A stretch of DNA of 64,000 bases, taken from the NCBI GenBank assembly GCA_000708835.1, contig DF237360.1, positions 1-64,000 of the forward strand, in the 5' to 3' direction. Source of the DNA: Klebsormidium nitens. Its lineage: Eukaryota > Plantae > Klebsormidiophyceae. The notes under the pieces are model-generated. The model saw nothing but the letters and a program-made list of their open reading frames with translations. It was not told the origin of the DNA and made no database searches. Made by a program: the position numbers and the translations under genes. Of the stretch, positions 13,054 to 23,300 are shown in pieces. The first letter of the stretch is position 1, and each line of letters starts with the position of its first letter.

Positions 13054-14621
13054 CTCTCCTTCCTGGCCCTCTTCTTCTGGGGGCTGTAGCGACCATCCGG
13101 CGTCCTCAACGAGGCCAAAAATCTTTTCGAACGCCTCCACAAAGCGCCCTTTCAACAACTTCCTCTCGGGTGCAAGCTGCATGAACGAGACGCGCTCTGA
13201 TTGAAAACGGCGGTCGGCGTGTCTACCGACGGAGTCGCACCAAGCTTACGAGCAAGAAAACCACTTCACAAGGTCAACAGTATGCCTGCACATCGTTGAA
13301 TGAGGAACGCCTGGTTCACGAAAACGTTTCAAGTTGCGGCCGGGTGCCGCCTTCAGGTCAGCTCGACCATCAGGCAGCCTTACAAAAGTCCCCATATGTC
13401 AGTGCTCAACCAGTAAACGGACCATGAAGTCTACAATTCTTTCGGTTCCAAGAGGTCACGGGGTTGCACCCTGCAATCGACCGAGATGAATGGCGCAGGA
13501 ATTGCAATGATCGTGCTTTCCTGACTAGAAGTATCGCATGAAGCGCAACTATGCAGTACATGCCGAGGCAGCCGAGCCAAAGATGAGGTTTGACGTCTTC
13601 ACTATCAACGAGCTGGGCTCCCCTTAACTTCTGAACGAAGTACTTTCCTGGGGGTCTTGCAAGTGAAATGCTACTAGAATTTTCTGATGCAGAGAATAGC
13701 ATGCCCCGAGAGTTCGTGATCTGAAAGCCTTGATTTTCAGAAGAGTAGGGGCACACCTTGTGCAAGAGATTTGCTGAATAGACCAACGACAGGTTCCCGC
13801 TGCCGCCATGAAAGACCTTGTTTTCGCCCTTCCGAAACAAGGTCATGGAAGAATCTGAAAGATGGGCGACACAGCAGACGAGGTAAAGAGAAGGAAACAA
13901 GGCTGGAGAGGAAACAGCATACATACGATGGGCGTGAAGAAGCACTGTTAGGATACGAGAAGTGCGTACACACCTTGTGATCCAGCATCTCTTGCACCAC
14001 CAGTATGAAGCGTGCTGCGTCAATCTCCCCATGCTCCACAAGAGTGGCTCCTGTGTTGTCCAGCTCCTGCAAGGTGACACAACCTTTACTTCTTGACCAC
14101 TACGAACACACGTGCATGCCACTTGACAGCACACTGGTTGACGATCATCTAACGAGCAGTCCATTGTTTTCGAGACTCGTTAATGACATGATCTATTGGG
14201 AGTAGCAGTGGTTGTGAAAGCGGTGACACAAAGAGGTCAGTGATCAATGGGAGCATTTATGCCGACCAAGCAAGGCTTATGCGGCGCTCTCAAAAGTGTC
14301 AGCACAGGATGCACACTCCTGTGGTCGTCAAAGGCAGGTCCACAGCTTTCCCACAATCGACTAGCCCCTGGCTCAAGCTGCAAGACAAGACAAACACTGA
14401 AAAGGTGCTATTGATTCAAGGAGGCAGTTGGTCTAGGCGGCGAGAATGGTCCCTCTACTTCAACCTGACGATAAGTCCACAAGTAGAATCTACATCATTT
14501 GAGGTCTGGAACATACAGACCACTCGTTTTTCTCATGCGTTCGACCTTTGCTTACCGTCCGCAATTGGTTGACGAGTTGGAGGTCCTCAGACAGCATGAC
14601 TCGGACGGCCTTATTGCAGAG
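13054..14621 (-). CDS. Hypothetical multi-exon protein, only partly resolved
   Basis: Exon-like segments with AG/GT boundaries: 14621-14556 (LCNKAVRVMLSEDLQLVNQLRT), 14066-13974 (ELDNTGATLVEHGEIDAARFILVVQEMLDHK), 13196-13054 (RVSFMQLAPERKLLKGRFVEAFEKIFGLVEDAGWSLQPPEEEGQEGE). The first two join in frame; the third needs an intervening exon I could not place. Possible further exons near 15155-15465 and 12256-12345. No family recognised. Confidence 0.4.
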
Positions 14622-15886
14622 CTGCATGTCAGGGAACTAGCGACGTCAGAGATTTACATGGGGCGCCAGGGCCCTGCTGAAGAATACCCTTAACACATCC
14701 AAGATGTGGAATTCAAAATTCACATTCGCTGGGGTTTCCTATCAGCCACTATCATAGATTCTTTCTGAACAATGGAGATGCACCAGGAACAGTCAAAGCC
14801 CCTCAAAATCGTATCTTAGAGCAATTGTTTTGCCTGTTTCTGTCGTTTAAAAGCAGCAGGGTTGTAGATTCTTGGTGGCCCTAAGCATTGCGGTGCAATT
14901 TGAGGCGATCGGTCACAACTACCACACATTAATCCAGTGGGCAGAGTGTTGACAAGGACGTTCAGGTCTCATCCAAAGGGAATGTGGATGGGGAATCTTG
15001 AAAGCCAAATGTGCATGTGTTCCGGTGCAAAAAAGAACCTTGTTCTGCTTAAATGTACTTTCCCTAGCATACCTGATTCATTGCCTCCACAAAGTCCGGG
15101 TCCCACTCATCGTCTTTGCTAGCAGTTGTTTGGCTGCTTTTCTTCACAGCTCTTACGTTACTGCTCGTCCTTCGCCCCACTGAATGCACTCCTGATGAAC
15201 TTGAAAACTGGCCAATGTGGACCGCTGATTGACAGAACTGGCTGTTGATAAGTAGGTTCAAGGAAGAGGCTGCGTCCCTCAGCGGCATCATAGGCTTACA
15301 CCGGACCCTTTTCCTGCTTGGCGCCCTGCTAGAACCAAATGCACCATGCTGTCTCAGAGTTCCCGGCTGTAAAACTTTACAGGCTTCTTCTAATTGCATG
15401 TTCTGCAAAATAGACGTTAAATTTTGCAATTGCAAGGTGGTGGTATGTTTGCTGGCTGCAGCCATCTTTCCGAAGGTTGTCGAGTTGGCGCCTCCTCTGG
15501 GTGTGCTCAACAGCAATCGGCAATGCTGTGAATCTTCTTATGTACCTGGTACAATGTGGCCCTTGAGAAATTTGCAAGCTCAAAATCAGCTTTACGCAGG
15601 GCGCCTTGCAAACAGAAACTGGGCAACTGGACCAGCTTGCTTTCTCAGTTTCTGCTCTCGACAATGAAACTTTGAAAGCCGCTTGTGAACATTTGGGGAG
15701 CTGTCACTTTGACGCACTGCAGCCCCCCTGAAAGGAAAGCAATCTGCTTTGAATCTTTCCAGCCGTCGATGAGAAGCATCGACCGCAACGCGGCCCCGTC
15801 TCCTCAGGGGATCATCGAAGAGGGGGCGCGTCTGCTCTGAGTCTTGGTTCTCCTCCCGGAAAAGCAGCCAGCACTTATGTATGTAA

Positions 15887-16395
15887 GGGAAGGGACACTT
15901 TGAAGCTGTACCCCCCGTATTAACTGTTATGGGGGGGGTACCAAGGACCGAGAGCCGCTACTGGGTGGTAGAAGGGGACCTACTACCACCGAAGGAAGCC
16001 CAAGGCCACATGGGGGGGGAACCTTGTAGACCCTGAGAGTTCCGCGGGGGTTCAAGGGGTGATATGGGTGTGATTTTTAGGGGATTTTCCTCCAAATAAT
16101 CCAGTGATTGGTCCAAATATGCCCTTCAGGTTGAACGTAGCTCGAAGTCAGCCCCAAAATACACAGAATACAGCTTGTAAACTTTGTAAATGTACTCCGG
16201 TTTGCAAAACTTCGGAAAAAAAACTGAGCCTTGCATGGGGCGGGGACCGGAGACCCTCGAAAGCTGAGCAGGGAAGGGGGGGGGCTTGGGGCCCGCGCCA
16301 GCGGGGCCCGTCAGGAAGGGGGGGGGACTAAGGTCATCAGGCTGAAAGGGCTCCATAATTAATACGGGGGGTACAGCTTCAAAGTGTCCCTTCCC
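15887..16395. mobile_element. 509 bp PIF/Harbinger-type (Tourist-like) MITE
   Basis: Perfect 37 bp TIR GGGAAGGGACACTTTGAAGCTGTACCCCCCGTATTAA at 15887-15923 and its reverse complement at 16359-16395; TAA direct repeat on both flanks (15884-15886, 16396-16398); no transposase ORF. Confidence 0.9.
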
Positions 16396-16542
16396 TAATA
16401 GCACATGATCGAGTTTACCCTCTGAAGGTAATTAGGCAGGTAGACGCATACAAAGCGTCCTGCCAAGTGCATATAATTCTAATCTTGCGAGATGGACGCT
16501 TGAAGGCATACCATTTGAAGGTGAGTGACCTGGTTGGACAGA

Positions 16543-19099
16543 ATGGTTTCGAAAAGCCTGGCCAATTGGTCAGACAGGGTAGACACCCAGGTCAGTGAGG
16601 GCAACCAGGCGGAGGCGGAGACGCTCCTCCTTAGTGTGATCAAAGATGCAGAAAGCAGAGGGGAAGAAAGCCTGGGCCTTGCAGCAGCTCTGAACGACCT
16701 TGGATTGCTCTATTGCAAGCAGGGACTGACCCTGAAAGCAGACCCACTGCTCCAGAGAGCACTGGCGATTAGGCACAAAGTGGAGGAGACACCTGTGCCG
16801 AGGTGAGCGGTGCGATTTTGCTGTGTGTCAGGCGCAGGGGAGCGGTTTTGTTTGACTTTGATCAGCTTACATGTGGCGGTGATGCGTGCGATCACGCTGC
16901 GACGCTTTGTTTGTAATGCCGTGTGGGTGTGCCTTCCACTTCCTTCTCTTTGTTGATGGTGGTTAAAAATCAGCAACTGCAAAAATGGGTCAAAGTCCAG
17001 TCTCTTTGTCTTCACGAGCTTCGATAAGTCAAGTACCGAAGTATTACATTGAAAAGTTCCATAGCTCCAGCTTTGATACTCACGAAGCAGAAGGAATAAT
17101 CCTCAAGTAATCCATGTATCTTCTTATTGTTTGATATTGGAAGAGCTGGCTGAGCCCGCCTTCCTGAACTTTCTCACCTTGCCTCCTGTGGTAAACTGCT
17201 GAGATTGTGAGTTGAATGTTGGAGTAGCAAACAACTTCTGCGACCACCATCCCATCAGAATGGTGAGACATGTTCAAGCCTCTCTTGAGTTCCTCCAATC
17301 CTGTTCTCACAGACCCAACCATGACGTCGCCAAGCGACTAGAGATTCTCTCCGTAACAGAAGACAACTCAAGGGTAGCTTCAAACGGCGCCGAACCGCAT
17401 TCCTCAGAAGAAGGGGACGCTGCAGACTGGGAGACTCGGGACTGGGAGGAGGATTTATCAACACCTCCTCCTGCTAGCCGGAATGATAGAAAGAGTCTGG
17501 TGGAAGATAACGACTTTGGGGGCATGAGCACATCTCAGCCCCCCAAAAGCAGTGGCTCCAAACCGAGGGGCCGTGGCGCCGTCCGCTTCGGGGGAGGTTC
17601 CTTGTACAGCGATCGTGGGGAGTCCGAAGGGCCAGATAACTGGGGCGAAAGAGAAACGCGCAGCGCGTCGAAAGCGGACGAGGCAGAAATCTGGCTCCGA
17701 TCCGAAAGCGCCGGGGGAGCGTCCGACAGTGTTCGATATCCCGACGAGTCCGATTTACCTGTTCCCGGGGGGTCCGGCAGAGCAGACACGTCCGAAGATT
17801 GGGCAGCGGACCGACCCCCCCTGGCGAGCACGAGCGGGATGGACCATGTGATTGAAGTGTATGGGTTTGCACCTAGCGTGAAAACGATGGATTTGGAGAC
17901 GCTGTTCTGGGGGTATAGGGAAGAGGGCGTCACGATCAAGTGGGTGGACGACACGCACGCGGTGGCGGTGTTTCGGCGGCCTTCAGCAGGTGCGCATTAC
18001 CCTTTTGAAAAGCTATCGGAAAGGGGTTTTGAACTCTGGATGTGATTTGAAGGATCTTTCAGGAGTTTGGGAACACCGATGAGCCCCCATAGCTCGTCTG
18101 AGTTCGGCCTGCCGTTACACGCGAGGTTTGGTGGAACGACCAGGTGTTGTTGTCGCATTAAAGACTGCCGTCAGAGTTTGCCAACTCAACATGCGAACTC
18201 TCCTTGTAATCTTAGTGGGTGAGGTTCAGTTTGTTCTGCGCGCTTAAGTGAGGCAGCGGTTGAGCTCGCGTTCATTTTCGTAAGACCATCCGAGAAGAAG
18301 AAAGGAGAGCAAAAGGAAATTCGACTGAAAACCCTTCCCCGCTCCTCGGGTCGAGCACTTCGTTAGTCATCGATCTAGACTTCCCTCATCTCTTTGCAGC
18401 ACGGGCCGCCCTAGACTCCATAAACGATAGTAAGTTCAAGCTGCGGCCATTTGCGGAGGCGAGCCTCTCGGCGCTACGGTTGCCTGCGGAAGGTACGTAC
18501 TGGTTCTGCTTAAGTGGTACTTTCCCGACGCTGTTCTTGTAGTCCGACTGGACTGTGAGGAACTTGACCGGCCCTTTTCCGGAAATATTAGGATGGGCGG
18601 CGAAAAAGCGTCTGCCCAATAGCTTTTTTTTGATACATTTTCTATGTTAGACAGAACGGGGATCGCAAGTGGGCTGCGCAGCTTTTCCAGAAAACATCCC
18701 TGAAGGTTCTGAGTACGAAAACTTAGCTCATTCCTGGAGGGTTTTTGTTCGTTTTGTTAGCATCCGGCCTGTATAAGTTGCCTCTTATCACGCGTCTGGT
18801 CCTTAGACGATTAAAACCAACCGCTCGCGACAATTTTTGGCCTGTACTTTTGCTTCTTCATGTCCCGCTGACAAAAGTTCTGGTCAATGGCAGAGCTGCA
18901 ACCACCGCTTCCTCGGCCCAAAACCACGGCGCGGGCTGCTCGGCGACTCATCGCCAGTGCGCTCGACGACAAGAACGTCAAGAAGGCGGTCAGGGCCATG
19001 AGCAATCCGTCAGACGAGAGGCGGCTGGAAGCGGAGCGGAAATCGAAGAGGAGTTTGACGCACCAGCTAAGAGCGGATGCTTGGGGAGACGGTTATTGA
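16543..19099 (+). CDS. TPR-motif + R3HCC1/R3HCC1L-like RRM protein; 4 exons
   Basis: Exons 16543-16802, 17313-17989, 18400-18492, 18894-19099, phases compatible. Exon 1 has [15 protein letters not shown]...[12 protein letters not shown] (kinesin-light-chain-type TPR). Exons 2-4 have [40 protein letters not shown] and [17 protein letters not shown], the R3HCC1-like RRM and C-terminal motif. Start codon uncertain. Confidence 0.78.
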
Positions 19100-20314
19100 T
19101 GGCCAAGTACTTACGTCAAGGAACCTTTGTCCATAAGGTGAAGGTTGTGCGGTAGGTACACCTGAAGTTTGTCTTTCCATTCAGGCGCTGATGTCAGAAC
19201 GGAAAGGTCTGGTCGAGTGAATTCCCTGACAGGTTCGAGCAACTGTGACTATCATTATGTCTTCCCCTACTTAGCGCTGCTCAGTGTTAGACAAGACTCC
19301 CCGGGCCGGGCCGGGTCCGGAGAAGATTATGCTGCTGAGTGTTGTTGATTATTCGGACGCTCGATTTTGGACATGCGGGCCATGCTAGTCTGTCGGACCT
19401 GGCACGCGGGGACGGCCGCCTTGTGCCGGTTTGTACTATAAGCCGTTGCAATGATCCTTGTTATTTAGTCGTCGAACTTAGCCGACCAGCCTGATTGCCT
19501 GGCATGTCCCATGTGAATCATCGGACATGTACGTGACTCGTCCGATCTAACTTGTGCATCAGTGCCAGATATGTTTCCAAATACACCGGCGCGGGATTAT
19601 CGCATCAGTACCAAAGCCGCCTCGCGAGATTGCGATTGGCTGGCATAGTAGGCGGCCCGGACTGAAAAGCGTGAAATCGCAAGCCGCGGTGCACAACGGA
19701 TTCTATTGAAATCGTAAATACATCGATCATAGTGAATGCAGTCACGGCATCCGAATACGTGCATGCACATTCAAGTTAGCCTAGCATGATCCATGCATGA
19801 GCTAGTAGTGATCTCAGTCACTGCTGCCGCCGGGCCCAAGCTTAAGATGGTATACCACGTGTGACGTCGATCCCAGCAACACGTTCAGTGAAGACTGACG
19901 CGGTTCCAACAATGATGTTGGCCAAACCGGACTGCGTAAGCGAGTTCCAATCAAATATAGCATCCGAAGCCTGTGCGCAGTTCATGCAGGCCGTGCATCG
20001 ATGCTTTCAGTGACACGTATACTTCGTGTTACATTCGATCACCGGCTTAGTACTCAACATTGCCGGCCTTGAGCGTGACCGTACGTCCTCTCAGTGCATG
20101 ACCAGTGCAGCCTTTGGGGTTTGCAGATTTAGCCCAGGCCCGGTGCCAAATTGGCATATGCTTCAAGCAAAGATCACGCACAAAGACGTGTAGCCTGCGG
20201 TTTGATGACCAGAACTGCCACAAGATATGTTTGGACTCTTGAATGACCCGCTCGATCTTTTTGGAAAAACTAAAGCCGGAATTGATCAGCGATTGCTGTA
20301 ACCTCGAATACCCT

Positions 20315-23300
20315 CTACTCTGGTCGCGTACTGGGGGCCAGCATGATCGGCGCTCCGAACTGCAGCCCCGACGAGCCTAAAGTCGCCGACTTTATGATTG
20401 TCCTATTGACGGCGGCGGACTGCGCTTGGAGGGCGGGCGGGCCCACGAACGGGCTAGAATCGAGGGCCGCCCGCTGGTGATCGTCTAAGCGGGCGCGGAA
20501 GATCGTGGGGCCGATGAGCTCCTGCAACTCGCTGACGCAATACCCGGCCGCGCTCTCCACCAAGCGCTGCAGATCGGAAAGGACGATGACGTCAGCAACG
20601 ACCATATTGCTGGGCCTATGAGCTCCTGCAACCCGCTGACGCAATACCCGGCCGCGCTCTCCACCAAGCGCTGCAGATCAGAAAGAATGATGCGTCAGAC
20701 GCAATCAGATTCTGGGGCCGATGAGCTCCTGCAACTCGCTGACACAATGTCCGGCTGTGCTCTTCACCAAGCGCTGTGGATCGGAAAGGACGATGACGTC
20801 ATCAGCGATCAAATTTTGGGGCCTCTGAGCTCCCGAACTCGGTGATGCAATAAGCGGCCGCGCTTTCCACCAAGCGCTGCGCGCCGGAAGGAGGTGGTGA
20901 CGTCAGCGGTAGCAAGAAAAGGGGCCGCATGTGAGGCGAGAAGAGAGTGAGCGAATATGGGCAGACCGGAGAAGGAGATGAGGCGTGCATAAGAAGACTA
21001 GAAAGGACCAGCGCTCAGATAAGAAGGGGTCCATCGGTGCCCTTTTAGGCACTGCCCCGGCGCCGAACAGAGTCTGTCGAGCGGTAACCTTGACACCGTG
21101 TGGCCCAAGGCGGCTGACCTTGTGGAGATCAATCAGAGAGGGGCATGTCGGCAGCCTTGATAGGTGGCACACAGACGAAAAGGATCGTTGAAGAAGGAAG
21201 GAAAATCAGCGGGAGACGAGAGGAAAGAGCACGCACGGACAAGAATAGGGAAAAGGAAGAAGACGTGGGGAAGCCAACGCACCAAGGAAACGGAATAAAG
21301 AGAAGGCTACGACACTCAATTGGAAGGATGAGGCTCGGAGCTTGCCTGGCGACACGTCAGCGCCCAGAAGAGCGGGTCAAGGAAAAGTTCCAGGTACGCC
21401 TTGAACCGTTTCTTGCCCATGTTCTGCAGGCGCAGACAAAGGGTAAAGTATAAGCATCTGAATCGCTGGCAGCACATTCACAAAGCAGATCTGGCGGTGG
21501 ACGCGGAGACCCTCCCTAAAATAGAGACCAAGCAACTGACGTAGTCAGAGGTACGAAAACGGGGAAGCAACCGGCACGCTGTCCACTTTTCTTGGAGCAA
21601 ATGAGCCTCAAGTGATCCTTCTTAAGCATGACACTGTTGCGGTTTTCGAGCTATGGCTTCATATGACTCCAGAAATAAGGAGGCGCACTTCTGGAAAGCA
21701 AGTTTGTGGGATTTCTGATCTTATCGGATCTAGCAAGTCCCACCTTGGCTATGACCGGTAGTTGCTTCCACAGCGTATCCAGCAGGTCTGGAAACCGCTC
21801 GAAGCCCGTGCAATGGCCCTGTACGAGGGCACACACTCAGTGAGAATCGCAAAGTCCAAGTTTGATGCCCCTCCAGTCTCTCCTCCCTCTAAGCTTCTCA
21901 GAAGCTCAGAAGGAGAACGCCGATTAATTCAAGGGGCCGGCTCTTGACCGGCCAATACGCATGTTGAAAATCTCGTATGCTTCCGCTCTTGCGAAGGGGG
22001 TCAGACTATTCCTAAATAGAGTCCCGCGTGCACCGAGAGGCGAATCAAATTGACAGTGCATTCAAGGGTTTCCAAAGAATAGTTGTTTATGACGAATTTG
22101 AAGCGCGTCCGCTTACGAGCTCTGCTAGAATGGGGAGGAACGCGACACTTTCTTCAGAAGTACCGCCGACAGATTCTGCAGCCGGTTCGCCTAACTAAAA
22201 ACGCGCTCTCACTTTTTGAGAGGCTGACTCTCTGGAGGACAATTTGCAACTGAGAAAAAAGACCAAGACCAAAAAGTAGACTCACGAGCTCTGCTAGAAG
22301 AGGGAGGAACGACGGCACTTTCTCCGGAAGCACTGCCGACAGTTCCCGCAGCAGGTAGATGCCCCCTTCGGACGCCTCCCAGGGCTCGCCGTTCCGGACG
22401 GGCTGCGGACACTCGGCCTCGCCGTCCAGATTCGGACACGTGGCATTCGGAGGGTCGGCGCTTCCGTTGGTGGAGTGAGCGGCGCTGTGCAAAGGAGACA
22501 AGAGCGTTGCTGTGAATCGAAATCAATTAATACTATAACTTCTGTGACGAGCGAAACCTGATAGTAATAAGAAGACTGCTGAAAAGGTCAAACAAGGACT
22601 ACGTTCTCATCTACTTGCAAGGCCCATACCTTAGCAGCCAAAAACTCTAGAGACGTTCGGTTGACATGTTGCCTGATTGAAACGAAGAAATGAAGAAACG
22701 GAAATACGACAAAAATGAAGAAAGGAAGAGCGTTGTGACCAGGAGGCAAGCGTTGACCGCAAACAACACCCGAAAGTGGATGACAAAGAACCGACGATGG
22801 CGGGAGTCACAAGATGGTCTTGTGATGCATCACTTTTCCATCACAAATCCTACCCGTGCTACCCGTTCCGAGTCCTCTTCGCAGGGCCCCAGGGCAGTTT
22901 TCGAACATGTCGTGATCTGCGACCTGAAATCGGTTGTTCTTTTCGGAGGGCGCTTTGGCTTCGAACCGGAGCCGGATGGGGAGTTCCGCTCCGGAAAAGC
23001 AAACGGACCCAGGCCCCTGTTCTAAAGAGAACAGGAACTGGTTCGTGAGACACGGCTCCAATCCGTAGGAATCAGATCGGTTCTCTACGAATCGGCCTTG
23101 AACTGGGGCCTCGGGTCCGGTTCTTCCGCCACTTTTCCGTAGCGGAACCTCCGGCTCGGCCCCGATTCGGCCCCGCTTCAAATTCAAAGCGCCATATGTT
23201 CGCGGGTACCACATTAGTGGCCCGCAACGAAGAATACGCAACACGGATTCTTGCCGTGTCGGTGTAACTTACCTGTCCGGTTTTCTGCTTCCGTTCGCGT

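Noticed and set aside
12303-14164. Long ORFs 12303-13019 (+, 238 aa) and 13406-14164 (-, 252 aa)
   Set aside because: No recognisable domain, atypical composition, non-ATG starts; they overlap better-supported short exons in other frames.
20586-20598. Frequent TGACGTCA as bZIP/CRE sites in introns (also ~26355)
   Set aside because: They coincide with CTGAC branch sites 20-30 nt upstream of acceptors, the simpler explanation.
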